Assembly (NCBI GenBank): GCA_038060895.1
Contig: JBBTCT010000022.1
Coordinates: 256,001 to 320,000, forward strand
Origin: Planctomycetota bacterium
GTDB taxonomy: Bacteria; Planctomycetota; MHYJ01; WSZJ01
DNA: 64,000 nucleotides
Direction: 5' to 3'
Position 1 is the stretch's first letter; every line of letters starts with the position of its first letter. The position numbers and the translations under genes were made by a program. Shown here piece after piece: positions 49,914-59,741 of the stretch. The notes under the pieces were generated by a model. The model did not search any database, had not been told where the DNA came from, and was given only the letters and a program-made list of their open reading frames with translations.

Positions 49914-50981
49914 GTGTCCAACAAGCCCGCCGTCAAACCCGTCAACAAGGACCTCATGAAGGAAGTCGAGCGCCAGAAGTCCCGCGCGCTCGAAGCCGTG
50001 GTCGCTGAAATCCAGAAGCGCTACGGCGCCGGCGCCGTCATGCGCCTCGGCTCCGACGACATCGTCCCGATCGAGGTGATCAACACCGGCGCCCTGTCGC
50101 TCGACCTCGCCCTCGGCATCGGCGGCGTCCCCCGCGGACGCGTCGTCGAAATCTTCGGCCCCGAGTCCGGCGGAAAAACCACCTTGTCGCTTCACATCAT
50201 CGCCAACGCCCAGGCGCACGGCGGCGTCGCCGCTTTCATCGACGCGGAACACGCCATTGACCCGGCTTACGCCGCCAAGCTCGGTGTGTGCACGGACCAG
50301 CTCCTCCTCTCCCAGCCCGACTCCGGCGAACAGGCCCTCGAAATTGCCGAAGCCCTCGTCAACTCCAACGCCGTGGACGTCGTCGTCGTTGACTCCGTTG
50401 CCGCCCTCGTCCCCCGGCAGGAACTCGAAGGCGAAATGGGCGACGCTTCCATGGGTCTCCAGGCTCGCCTCATGTCCCAGGCTCTCCGCAAACTGACCGC
50501 CTCGATCGCCCGATCCAAGACCTGCGTCATCTTCATCAACCAGATCCGCGAAAAGATCGGTGGCTACGGCAACCCCGAAACCACGACGGGTGGCCGCGCC
50601 CTCAAGTTCTACTCCTCCGTCCGCATCGAGGTCCGCCGCGTCACGTCCATCAAGAGCGGCGAGGAAACCGTGGGCAATCGCGTGAAAGCCACCGTGGTGA
50701 AAAACAAGTGCGCACCCCCCTTCCGCAAGACCGAGTTCGACATCATCTTCGGCCGCGGCATCGTCCACTCGCGCGACCTCCTCGACACCGCCGCTGAACT
50801 CAAGGTCGTCGACAAGTCCGGCACCTGGTTCACCTACGGCGACGTCCGCCTCGGCCAGGGCCGCGAAAATTCCGCAGCCTTCCTCGAAGCCAATCCCGAT
50901 GTCTTGGCGAAGCTCGAAGAAGCGACCCGGAAGATTGCCTGCCCCACCCCTGAACCTGAACCTGTCCGCGAAGCTTCCTAA
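49914..50981 (+). CDS. recA: Recombinase A
   Basis: [47 protein letters not shown]. Confidence 0.98.
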   Translation: MSNKPAVKPVNKDLMKEVERQKSRALEAVVAEIQKRYGAGAVMRLGSDDIVPIEVINTGALSLDLALGIGGVPRGRVVEIFGPESGGKTTLSLHIIANAQAHGGVAAFIDAEHAIDPAYAAKLGVCTDQLLLSQPDSGEQALEIAEALVNSNAVDVVVVDSVAALVPRQELEGEMGDASMGLQARLMSQALRKLTASIARSKTCVIFINQIREKIGGYGNPETTTGGRALKFYSSVRIEVRRVTSIKSGEETVGNRVKATVVKNKCAPPFRKTEFDIIFGRGIVHSRDLLDTAAELKVVDKSGTWFTYGDVRLGQGRENSAAFLEANPDVLAKLEEATRKIACPTPEPEPVREAS

Positions 50982-50994
50982 ACTGAGGAATCCC

Positions 50995-51051
50995 ATGCGC
51001 ACGCTCTGGCTCCTGATCCTCGTACCGGCCGCCCTCATCGCCGCAATCTAG
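50995..51051 (+). CDS. 18-aa hydrophobic peptide
   Basis: GAGG RBS, ATG 13 nt after the recA stop; MRTLWLLILVPAALIAAI. Confidence 0.4.
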   Translation: MRTLWLLILVPAALIAAI

Positions 51052-51059
51052 CCCTCTCC

Positions 51060-51118
51060 GCCCCGCCTTCGCCCACGCCTGCGCGCCTTCGGCGCTCCGG
51101 CGGGGCTTCGGCGGGCTT
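51060..51118. repeat. REP-like palindromic element
   Basis: CCCGCCTTCGCC ... GGCTTCGGCGGG imperfect hairpin with an inner GCGCC-TTC-GGCGC stem. Confidence 0.4.
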
Positions 51119-51209
51119 TGCCCGACGGCCCTCGCTTCTTCCCCGGGAGCGAGGGCCGGACTTTGGGCCAGGCCGCTCGGCACTCGCCGCTGGCCACTGC
51201 TTTTTTTTC

Positions 51210-52106
51210 GTGATTGAATGCGCCGCCCTTCCTCCAGGTGCGATGAAGGGATGGCCTTCTTTACGGGAAAGGGCGGGAACTTTGGGTCGTGTTGTGACTT
51301 GCGGCGGCCTCACCCTCGAGGGAACGAGCGTTTCCACGCTCGAGACCTGTATCGCGGTCCGCGAGCTCAACCTCTGTTTCGACATCGGCAAAGGCCCGCG
51401 CTACGCCGTCGGGATGGACCACGTCCTCCTCACCCACGCCCACCAGGACCACGCCGTGGGGATCGCGCTCCACATCGCCTCGCGAAAACTCCTCGATCTC
51501 CCGCCGCCACTGATTTACCTCCCTGAACAGATCGTGGAGGACATGCGGAACCTCATCTCCGCCTGGGAGCGCCTCGAGCGCAGGAAAACGAAGTACACGC
51601 TCATTGGCGTGCGCCCCGGAGTGCGCTACGACATGCGCAAAGGCCTCTTCTTCCGCACGTTCCCCACCGAGCACTCGCTTCCCAGCACCGGATTCCAGGT
51701 CTTCGAAGAGCGTCGGAAGCTGCGGCCGGAATACATCGGGCTCGACGGGCCTGCGATCGTCGAATTGAAAGAGCGCGGCGTCGAAATCACGGACCCCGTG
51801 GAAATCGCGGTCGTGACATTCATCGGTGACTCGACCATCACCCCCCTCGACCGCTTCCCCGAAATGCTCAAGAGCCAGGTCGTCATCATGGAGTGCACGT
51901 TCCTGGCGCCGGAGGACAGGCCGATGGCGAAAAAGAAGCGGCACACCCACCTCGCCGACATCATCGAGCGCGCTGACAAGTTCGCGGGGTGCGAGCACCT
52001 CGTCCTGTCGCACTTCAGCACGCGCTACACGCGCGAGGACGTGAACCGTGAGCTGGCGGCGGCACTGCCGGAGTCGCTGAAGGGAAAAACCAAGGTGCTG
52101 TACTAA
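51210..52106 (+). CDS. Metallo-beta-lactamase fold, short tRNase Z-like (true start probably near 51290)
   Basis: FDIG, THAHQDH, EH, IGDS, ECTF, HTH, SHFSTRY. Confidence 0.85.
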   Translation: MIECAALPPGAMKGWPSLRERAGTLGRVVTCGGLTLEGTSVSTLETCIAVRELNLCFDIGKGPRYAVGMDHVLLTHAHQDHAVGIALHIASRKLLDLPPPLIYLPEQIVEDMRNLISAWERLERRKTKYTLIGVRPGVRYDMRKGLFFRTFPTEHSLPSTGFQVFEERRKLRPEYIGLDGPAIVELKERGVEITDPVEIAVVTFIGDSTITPLDRFPEMLKSQVVIMECTFLAPEDRPMAKKKRHTHLADIIERADKFAGCEHLVLSHFSTRYTREDVNRELAAALPESLKGKTKVLY

Positions 52107-53245
52107 TACCTGAGCATCGCGCCGATCTTGCCGTGTTCCGCCAGCGCGCATCCCTCGGGCAGAATCCGGATCGCACCGCCCTGGTGAACCGTCTGGGCCA
52201 CCGCCTCGTCCACGACATCCGCCGCCTCGACAGTCGGCCCTGAGCACCGCGGGCAGGTCATCTCTTTTTCAAGCAGGATGGAGCACGCATCGCAGTGGCG
52301 GCCCGCGTGGGTAAAATCCTCGGTGACGAGAAGCGTCTGGACGCGGCGGTCGTTGAGAGCGCTGAGCGTGTTTTTGAGGCCGGTGACGGCGAGGCCACCG
52401 TTGGTGCGGGCGGCGCCGGCGAGGCGGCGCACGAGGTCGTCTCGGCGGTTCTTTTCCTCCGTCGTGACCAGCTCGACCGTCTTCGCGCGGACTTCCTCGC
52501 GCGTTGCCGCGCGGACGTCGATTCGGAAGCGACCCGCGACGCGCTCGGCGACGTAGGAGTGGAGGTGGCGTTCGAAGCCGTTGATTTCGTCGAGGTGGCC
52601 GCCGAGCACCAGGTATTCGAAAGGCGCGGACTGGAAGGCGTGAAGGAGACGGTCGGCGGCGTCCTGGTAGTGGTGATGGACCGCTTCGTCGTGGCGGTGC
52701 TCTACCCGACTGGTGTCCTTCCCCTGGAAGCCGCCCTTCTTGATGCGGCTGCCCGTGTCGTGAGTCACGTCGAAAAGATCCTGGATCTCCTCACCGTGAA
52801 CCGAGTAGGCGCGCGAGCGATGCTGATCGACGAGAATCGTAACCGCGTGCGGGGATTGGGCGAGAAGCGCCTGGAGCGGACGCAGGTAAGGTGTCGGGCC
52901 AACGAGAAGGGTGGCTTTGAAGCCGTGGGGAAGCGACCACTTCTGGAAGAAGTCCCTTCCGGCGCAGGAAAAGGCGGCGAGCCCGCGCTCGCCGGCGCGG
53001 GTGAAAGCGTGGCCTGAGAGGGAATCGTGAAGGCGCTCCAGATCGGACTCGACGGACTTGAGCTGGTCGTGGGTGAGGCCCGCGCTTTTCAGTTCGGAGA
53101 GGCGCTCACGGGTGAGGTCCTTGAGGAGCGTGAGGAGGGCTGGCTTGGAGAAGCGCTTCGGGTCCGTGTTGAGGTAAAGCGAAGAGACGAGGAGAGGCGC
53201 GGGGCTGAACCTGGAGAGGTCGGCGAGCTGGGCGGGATTCAGCAT
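52103..53245 (-). CDS. Bacterial aeRF1-like protein (baeRF10-type) with Zn ribbon
   Basis: SLYLN, PYLRPL, VDQHRSR, LVLGG, VQTLLV, CDAC..CPRC, IGAMLRY. Confidence 0.8.
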   Translation of the reverse strand: MLNPAQLADLSRFSPAPLLVSSLYLNTDPKRFSKPALLTLLKDLTRERLSELKSAGLTHDQLKSVESDLERLHDSLSGHAFTRAGERGLAAFSCAGRDFFQKWSLPHGFKATLLVGPTPYLRPLQALLAQSPHAVTILVDQHRSRAYSVHGEEIQDLFDVTHDTGSRIKKGGFQGKDTSRVEHRHDEAVHHHYQDAADRLLHAFQSAPFEYLVLGGHLDEINGFERHLHSYVAERVAGRFRIDVRAATREEVRAKTVELVTTEEKNRRDDLVRRLAGAARTNGGLAVTGLKNTLSALNDRRVQTLLVTEDFTHAGRHCDACSILLEKEMTCPRCSGPTVEAADVVDEAVAQTVHQGGAIRILPEGCALAEHGKIGAMLRY

Positions 53246-53404
53246 GAAGCGCTCCGACGAATGGGGTGGAGGGGAGCGGGCCGCGTGAGTGGGGGATTGT
53301 AGCGGGAGTGATGGGGAATTGAGTGATTTGGTTTGGTGAGGAGATTGAGTTATTTGCTTTTCGATTCGCCGGGCCCGTTCTCCATCCGCTAGAGTCACCG
53401 CGCC

Positions 53405-54040
53405 ATGGAACTGCGCGAGCGGATTGCGAAGATCGTCGGGGCGCTGAAGAAGGCGTACCCGGAGGCAAAGTGCAGCCTCGAGCACGAAGAACCGCTTCAG
53501 CTGCTCGTTGCGACGATCCTGTCGGCGCAATGCACGGATGAGCGGGTAAACAAGGTCACGCCGGCGCTGTTCCGCAAATTCCGCGACGCGCGGGCGTTCG
53601 CGGAATCGCCGCCCGGGGAGCTCGAGGGCGACATCCGGAGCACGGGGTTCTTCAACAACAAGGCGAAGTCGATTCGCGGCGCGTGCCGGCTGATCGTGGA
53701 GAAGCATGGCGGGAGGGTGCCGGAGACGATGGAAGAATTGCTGGAGTTGCCGGGGGTCGCGCGGAAGACGGCGAACGTCGTGCTGGGGAATGCATTCGGA
53801 AGGAACGAGGGTGTGGTGGTGGACACGCACGTCACGCGCTTGTCGCGACGGATGGGGCTGACGCGGCAGAAGACGCCGGAGAAGATTGAAGTGGCGCTGA
53901 TGAAGCTCGTGCCGCGCGAGGAGTGGGCGCTGTTCAGTCACCTGCTGATCCATCATGGGCGGGCGATTTGCGACGCGCGGAAACCGGAATGCGAAGAATG
54001 CGGAGTCGCAAAGTGGTGCCCGAGGGTGGGAGTGAAATGA
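53405..54040 (+). CDS. nth: Endonuclease III
   Basis: LSAQCTDERVN, LPGVARKTANVV, VDTHV, C-X6-C-X2-C-X5-C. Confidence 0.95.
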   Translation: MELRERIAKIVGALKKAYPEAKCSLEHEEPLQLLVATILSAQCTDERVNKVTPALFRKFRDARAFAESPPGELEGDIRSTGFFNNKAKSIRGACRLIVEKHGGRVPETMEELLELPGVARKTANVVLGNAFGRNEGVVVDTHVTRLSRRMGLTRQKTPEKIEVALMKLVPREEWALFSHLLIHHGRAICDARKPECEECGVAKWCPRVGVK

Positions 54041-54816
54041 GGTACCTGGCAGGTATTGAGGAAGTGAAGTCGAGCGGCGTGTTGGTAATCGACGCGCGCC
54101 GCGTGCCGGCCTACGACGTAGGGCACATTCCCCGGGCGGTGAAGCTCGACATCTTCGAGCACCATTGGCCGGACACTTCGCCGCGCGGCGTGAAGGCGTT
54201 CGTGTGGCAGATGCAGGAGGTGATGCGGCGCGTGGGAGTCACGAACTCGAAGCGCGTCGTGGCGTACGACGACGAGTCGGGGATGTTCGCGGCTCGGCTT
54301 GCCTGGGTGCTGGACTGGCTGGGGCATCAGGACGTGGCGATGTTGGACGGAGGGATGACAGCGTGGGTCAGGTCGGGCGGGGAGATTTCGAAGGGTGAGG
54401 TCGTCCCGAAACGGAGCGCCTGGGTCGCGAGGCCGGACGCTTCGAAGATGATCACCGCGTCGGCGATCAGGCGCGGGCTGAAGCGACTGACGGTCGTGGA
54501 CACGAGGACGCCCGAGGAGCACTGCGGGGCGCATGTGAGGGCGGCGCGAGGCGGGACTATTCCTGGGGCGATACCGGTGCACTACGTCGACAATCTGCGC
54601 GGCGGGAAATTCAAGCCGGTGGCGGAACTGCGCGCAATGTACAAGGCGGCGGGCGTCACGCCGGATCAGGACATCGTGCCGCTGTGCAACGGCGGGTACC
54701 GGTCGGCGCACACGTATTTTGCGTTGAGGATGTGCGGGTATTCGAAGGTGCGGAACTACTACGCGGCCTGGCAGGAGTGGGGGAATCTGCCGGGGATGCC
54801 GGTGGCCAAGAAGTGA
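54037..54816 (+). CDS. Two-domain rhodanese sulfurtransferase
   Basis: GHIPRA, LDGG..W, DTR, GTIPGA, active site LCNGGYRS, WQEW. Confidence 0.9.
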   Translation: MRYLAGIEEVKSSGVLVIDARRVPAYDVGHIPRAVKLDIFEHHWPDTSPRGVKAFVWQMQEVMRRVGVTNSKRVVAYDDESGMFAARLAWVLDWLGHQDVAMLDGGMTAWVRSGGEISKGEVVPKRSAWVARPDASKMITASAIRRGLKRLTVVDTRTPEEHCGAHVRAARGGTIPGAIPVHYVDNLRGGKFKPVAELRAMYKAAGVTPDQDIVPLCNGGYRSAHTYFALRMCGYSKVRNYYAAWQEWGNLPGMPVAKK

Positions 54817-54820
54817 GATA

Positions 54821-54858
54821 TTGACGGGCAGGGGAATGTTGACTAATATGGTCATGAT
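54821..54858 (+). promoter_or_regulatory. Promoter with overlapping Rrf2/IscR-like palindrome
   Basis: TTGACG-17 bp-TAATAT; TGAC-N7-GTCA (ATGTTGACTAATATGGTCATGAT) overlaps the -10. Confidence 0.55.
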
Positions 54859-54930
54859 TCGAGCGGGGCTCTTCCCCCACTCAACTCGCTCGCTTAACCT
54901 GTCTTAAGACTCCTACCCGAGGACCGCTTC

Positions 54931-56160
54931 ATGCCCGCCGGCTGGAAAGATCTTGTCGACTCCGCCCGCAAAGTCGTCCCCGAAATCACGGTCGCTGACC
55001 TGGATGCGAAGCGGCGGCGCGGCGAGCACTTCGTCCTCATGGACGTGCGCGAGGACGAAGAGCGCAAAGGCGGGTATATCCCCGGCGCCATCCACGTCTC
55101 GCGCGGGATGCTGGAGTTCAAGGTGACACAGGTCGTGCCCGACCTCGCGACGCCCGTCGTCGCCTACGACGCGGGCGGAAACCGTTCGCTGCTCGCAGGA
55201 AAAGTCCTGAAAGATCTCGGATACTCCTCCGTCGCCTCGCTTCAGGGCGGCTTCGGCGCGTACAAGGCCTCCGGCGCAAAGACCGCGAAGGAGCGCACCT
55301 GGACCGCGCAGCAACTCGAGCGCTACAGCCGGCACTTCATGCTCAAGGAAGTCGGCAAGGAAGGCCAGGCGCGGCTGCTGGATGCGAAGGTGCTGTGCCT
55401 CGGCGCGGGAGGGCTGGGATCGCCGATCGCGCTTTACCTCGCGGCGGCGGGAGTCGGGACGCTGGGGGTGGTCGACAGCGACGTGGTGGACCTCTCGAAC
55501 CTCCAGCGGCAGGTGCTTCACACGACCGACCGCATCGGCGTTTCGAAAGTCGAGAGCGCGGCGAAGACGATCAACGCGCTGAATCCCGACGTGAAGGTCG
55601 TGCCGCACGCGTACCGGCTGACGCCGGACAACGTGATGCAGGTCATGAAGGACTACGACCTGGTGGTGGACGGCGCCGACAACTTCGACACGCGCTACAT
55701 GCTCAACGACGCGGCTTTCTTCCTGAAGAAGCCGATTGTCCACGGGTCGATCTTCCAGTTCGAAGGGCAGGTCACGACGATCGCCCCGCACCTGGGCGGC
55801 CCCTGCTACCGCTGCATGTATCCCGAGCGCCCGCCGGCGGAATTCGCGCCCGGCTGAAACGAAGCCGGCGTCCTGGGCGTGCTCCCGGGAATCGTGGGAC
55901 TGGTGCAGGCGACCGAGGCCGTGAAGCTGCTCCTCAATATCGGGGAGCCTCTCATCGGGCGGCTGCTCATGTACGACTCGCTCGCCATGAAGTTCCGCGA
56001 GTTCAAGAGCCCGAGGGATCCCGGCTGCGCGCTCTGCGGGGCGAAGCCGACGATCCTGGAGCTGGAAAAGGCCCACGCGGAGGGCGGCGCGTGCGCGTTG
56101 CCGGCGGCGCGCGAGTTGCCGCATGCTCCGGCGGCGGCGCCGGTCGCTCAGCGCCGCTAG
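54931..56160 (+). CDS. moeB: Rhodanese-MoeB/ThiF adenylyltransferase, probable selenoprotein (in-frame UGA 55855-55857)
   Basis: RYSRH, GAGGLGS, SNLQRQ, DGADNF, CYRC; TGA sits where the conserved Cys of xCxEAGVLG lies; homology continues in frame to CALCG and a TAG at 56160. Confidence 0.85.
55871..55890 (+). promoter_or_regulatory. Candidate bacterial SECIS hairpin
   Basis: TCCTGGG-CGTGCT-CCCGGGA; the GU-containing loop starts 20 nt after the UGA. Confidence 0.5.
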
Positions 56161-56166
56161 ACGGCG

Positions 56167-56742
56167 CTACTTTGTCGTCCGCGAGGGCGCCGACTTCGGC
56201 GGAGCGGCGCTCCCGGCACGCACGAACTTCCCCAGCCCCGCAATCATGGCGACGACGATCGCCGCGGCGAGGATTGCGGCCACGAACAACACCCCCCGGT
56301 TCATCGGAGGCTCCGCTTCGGGTCCGGCCGCGGGTTCGGACGCGGGGCGCCGGGGCGTCGGCTTCGGCGTCGCCCCACGCATCGCCGGCGCAGCCGTTGG
56401 CCGGTCCGCCTCCGCAGGAGCCATCACGGTCCCTTCCCGGTCCGTCGGCAATCCCGGCACCGTGGTCGGGCGCTGCGCATCTCCATCCGCAAGCATGGCC
56501 AGCGAGCCGATAAAAGTCGCTGACTGACCCGCGCCTGCGGGCGTGGCCGCGGGGCGCACGATCGCCGCGGCGGCTTCGACGTGCGCCATTTCCGCGTCGT
56601 CCAGCCAACCGCGCTCGCGAATGATGTCAAGAAGCGGCTTTCCGGTCATGCGCGACGCTTCACGCGCCTGCCTCACCTGCTCGGGCGAGAGAAGATCATC
56701 GCGGCGGACGAGGGAAATGAGCTGGTCGTCGGAGAGGGGCAT
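56167..56742 (-). CDS. Membrane protein with T2SSE-N/MshEN-like N-terminus
   Basis: LLSPEQVRQARE..KPLLDIIRERGWL, disordered linker, one TM helix. Confidence 0.6.
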   Translation of the reverse strand: MPLSDDQLISLVRRDDLLSPEQVRQAREASRMTGKPLLDIIRERGWLDDAEMAHVEAAAAIVRPAATPAGAGQSATFIGSLAMLADGDAQRPTTVPGLPTDREGTVMAPAEADRPTAAPAMRGATPKPTPRRPASEPAAGPEAEPPMNRGVLFVAAILAAAIVVAMIAGLGKFVRAGSAAPPKSAPSRTTK

Positions 56743-56864
56743 GCGGTCACGACTCTAGCCGCGATTGGCCGCGGATTCACTATGCTGAAGAAATGCCCCG
56801 GGATTTCCCAGCGGGCGACCCTGGCTCCGCCGTGCGCGGCCGCCGCCGGACAGAAGCGGCCGGC

Positions 56865-57440
56865 TCAAGGCTTGAAGTACGCCGGCTCATTCTTCGGCTT
56901 CCACTTGATGTTGCAGCCCATGCTCGGCTTCTGCTCCTGCACCGGGCGGCCGGCGATCGCCGCTTCCAGCGCAGTGCGCAGGTCCGCGCCGGTCACGGGC
57001 TTCTCCGTCCCCGGGCGGCTGTCGTCCATCTGCCCGCGATAGACGAGCTTTTTTGCACCGTCGAACACGAAGAAGTCCGGCGTGCACGCCGCGCCGTAGG
57101 ATTTTGCCACATCCTGCGATTCGTCGAAGAGATACGGAAATACATATCCCGCATCCTGGGACTCCTCGAGCATCCGCTCCGGCGCGTCGTCCGGATGCGT
57201 GACCGTGTCGTTCGAGTTGATTCCGAAAACGGAGATGCCCTTCGCCGCGTATTCCCTCGTCAGCGCCGCGAACGGGTCGCGGATGTGCTTCACAAACGGG
57301 CAGTGATTGCAGATGAACGCCACCAGCACGGGTCCCTTCGCGTCCGCCAGCGCAAACTGCCTCCCGCGGCCGTCGGGGAGGCGGAACGGAGGTGCGGAAG
57401 CGCCGATTTCGAGCTTCATCGTGGACATCGTGCGGACCAT
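56865..57440 (-). CDS. Thioredoxin-like AhpC/TSA family protein
   Basis: FICNHCPFV, INSND, FPYLFDESQ, ACTPDFF, YRGQMDD, GCNIKW. Confidence 0.92.
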   Translation of the reverse strand: MVRTMSTMKLEIGASAPPFRLPDGRGRQFALADAKGPVLVAFICNHCPFVKHIRDPFAALTREYAAKGISVFGINSNDTVTHPDDAPERMLEESQDAGYVFPYLFDESQDVAKSYGAACTPDFFVFDGAKKLVYRGQMDDSRPGTEKPVTGADLRTALEAAIAGRPVQEQKPSMGCNIKWKPKNEPAYFKP

Positions 57441-57513
57441 GGACGGACTCCGTGGGCAGGAGAGGGGACCACGATAGACTGATGGGGGAAGAGCAACAAG
57501 GAAGGGGGGAAAC

Positions 57514-57963
57514 GTGTCCGACAGCTGGATCTTCCTGATCCCGGCGGATCCACAGGTTCTTCCGGAAAAGCACGCTGCCTGTCGGGCTGAGGAATTGCTT
57601 AACCAGATTGTTAAGCATCACGACGGGGTTGAGACCCGGTACTTCGCAGAAATGGAATTCTTCGATGCCGGAGCGAACTTCGAGACCGCCGCGTGCCCTC
57701 TTTGCCGCACGCCCATTGAGGACGACTGGCTCGCGGAGGCGGTTCATAAGGCCATCTGGCCCCGGTGTCAGTCACTTCAGGTCTTGCTTCCGTGCTGCGG
57801 GCAATCCGCGTCCCTGAATGATCTCGAGTACGACTTTCCGCAAGGCTTCGGCAAGTTCTCCCTTTCGGTAATGAACCCGGATTGCGAACTGTCGCGCGAT
57901 GAAATTGCATCGCTGGCCCGGGCACTGCGGGTCGCGGTTCGGATCATTCGTCGCCACCTGTGA
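57514..57963 (+). CDS. Hypothetical Cys-containing protein
   Basis: GTG start with purine-rich RBS; CPLC and PCCG..SLNDL motifs. Confidence 0.7.
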   Translation: MSDSWIFLIPADPQVLPEKHAACRAEELLNQIVKHHDGVETRYFAEMEFFDAGANFETAACPLCRTPIEDDWLAEAVHKAIWPRCQSLQVLLPCCGQSASLNDLEYDFPQGFGKFSLSVMNPDCELSRDEIASLARALRVAVRIIRRHL

Positions 57964-58000
57964 GCTTGGCCCCTCCTCCTCCGCGTTCTATCCTCTTCCC

Positions 58001-59029
58001 GTGAACGCCACGGAGCTGAAGTCGGAGGCCGCGCGGCTCGGATTCGAGCGCTGCGGCATTGCGCGGGCGCAGCGGCTCGCGGACGGCGAGAACCTGCGGG
58101 CATTTCTCGGGGAAGGGCGGCAGGGGACGATGGAGTGGCTGGCCGCGGACGCGGAGAGGCGGGCGGACGTGACGGTCGGGTTTCCGTGGGCTCGAAGCGT
58201 GGTTGTGGCGGCGCTCTCGTACAAGCCTGCGACGGAGGAAGCGCAACCGGCCGGCACCGGCCGCGTCGCCCGCTACGCGCGGGGCGACGACTATCACAAG
58301 GTGCTTCGGAAAAAGCTGCGCGTGCTCAGGGACGCGCTCGTGGCCTCTTCCCCCGGCTCGCACGCAGTGGCCGTGGTCGACACGTCGGCGATCATGGAAA
58401 AGCCCTGGGCTCGCGAAGCCGGCGTCGCGTGGATCGGGAAGCACACCAACGCCCTGGATCCGGGGCTTGGTTCGTATTTTTCACTGGGTGTCGTCCTGAC
58501 GAGCCTCGAGCTCGAGCCCGACGCGCCCGCCCCGGACCATTGCGGGTCTTGTACGCGCTGTCTCGAGGCGTGCCCGACGCAGGCCCTGACCGCGCCTTAC
58601 CAGATCGATGCGACCCGGTGCATCTCGTACCTGACGATCGAGCACGCGGGGCCGGTGGATCCTGCGCTTCGCAAGGGAATAGGCGACTGGGTGTTCGGCT
58701 GCGACCTGTGCCAGGAGGCGTGTCCCTGGAACCGTGAAGCGCCGGCGACGCGCGAGCCCGGGTTTGCGGCGCGGCCCTCGCTCGCGGCGCCACTGCTGGC
58801 GGACTGGCTGCGAATGACGGAGGCCGCGTGGACGACGCTGACCCGCGGCACTGCTCTCCGGCGCTCGAAACGGTCGATGCTCCGCCGGAACGCCGCGATC
58901 GCCATCGGAAATTCCGGCGACCCCGGCGCCGCGGCTCTGCTCGAGGAGGCCGCCGCCGATGCCGATCCGGTCGTTGCCGGTGCGGCGAGGGACGCCGCGA
59001 ATTCGCTGAAGGCCAGACCCCGCCCGTGA
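58001..59029 (+). CDS. queG: Epoxyqueuosine reductase
   Basis: ARYARGDDYH, VDTS, CGSCTRCLEACPT, CISYLTIE, GCDLCQEACPWN. Confidence 0.95.
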   Translation: MNATELKSEAARLGFERCGIARAQRLADGENLRAFLGEGRQGTMEWLAADAERRADVTVGFPWARSVVVAALSYKPATEEAQPAGTGRVARYARGDDYHKVLRKKLRVLRDALVASSPGSHAVAVVDTSAIMEKPWAREAGVAWIGKHTNALDPGLGSYFSLGVVLTSLELEPDAPAPDHCGSCTRCLEACPTQALTAPYQIDATRCISYLTIEHAGPVDPALRKGIGDWVFGCDLCQEACPWNREAPATREPGFAARPSLAAPLLADWLRMTEAAWTTLTRGTALRRSKRSMLRRNAAIAIGNSGDPGAAALLEEAAADADPVVAGAARDAANSLKARPRP

Positions 59030-59057
59030 CGATTCCGTATTACCGGAGAACCTGCTC

Positions 59058-59651
59058 ATGAAACCCTGGATCCCCACCGCCGCTTCGTTCGTGCTCCTGC
59101 TGGCCGCCTGCGTCAATCCGCCCGACCCCGACGCCGGCAGGACAGACCCGGCCCTCGCCTCGCCCGGGAAACTCGCGGGCGTGTCGAACTTCGCGAAGAT
59201 CTCAGCCGGCGTCTGGCGCGGCGCGCAGCCGACGGCCGAAGGCATGATCACTCTCAAGTCCATGGGCGTGAAGACGATCGTGAATCTACGGTCGCTTCAC
59301 ACGGACCGCGACGAGCTTCGCGGCCTCGGCCTCGACTACGCGCACCTGCCGAGCACGGCGCTCGTCCCCGACGAAGAGGTCGTCGTGCAGTTCCTCAAAA
59401 TCGCGACCGACCCGGCGCGGCGCCCGGTTTTCGTGCACTGCCAGCATGGAAGCGACCGCACCGGCGTGGTGATCGCCGCGTATCGAGTGGCCGTGCAGGG
59501 CTGGAGCATGGAGAAGGCGCGGCGCGAGCTGCCGATCTTTGATTTTCACGAGGTCTTCGTGCCCCTCGAGCGCTACCTGGACTCGTTCAACGCGGACCGG
59601 GTGCTGCAGAAGATGGAAACGGCTAAGGTCGAAGTCGTCAACGTCCCCTGA
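59058..59651 (+). CDS. Tyrosine/dual-specificity phosphatase lipoprotein
   Basis: LAAC lipobox, RGAQP, HCQHGSDRTG. Confidence 0.9.
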   Translation: MKPWIPTAASFVLLLAACVNPPDPDAGRTDPALASPGKLAGVSNFAKISAGVWRGAQPTAEGMITLKSMGVKTIVNLRSLHTDRDELRGLGLDYAHLPSTALVPDEEVVVQFLKIATDPARRPVFVHCQHGSDRTGVVIAAYRVAVQGWSMEKARRELPIFDFHEVFVPLERYLDSFNADRVLQKMETAKVEVVNVP

Positions 59652-59679
59652 GCCCTTCGACTCGCTTCGCTCGCTCAGG
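59648..59679. repeat. REP-like hairpin (CCCTTCGACTC..GCTCAGG type)
   Basis: CTGAGC-CCTTCGACTCGCTTCGCTC-GCTCAGG overlapping the stop codon. Confidence 0.4.
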
Positions 59680-59693
59680 ATGGTCGGGCAATG

Positions 59694-59725
59694 AAAAAGC
59701 CCCGGCTTTCGGCCGGGGCTTTGTT
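59694..59725. terminator. Bidirectional intrinsic terminator
   Basis: AAAAAGCCCCGGC-TTTCG-GCCGGGGCTTTGTT between convergent genes. Confidence 0.85.
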
Positions 59726-59741
59726 CACTTGCGACTCCCGC

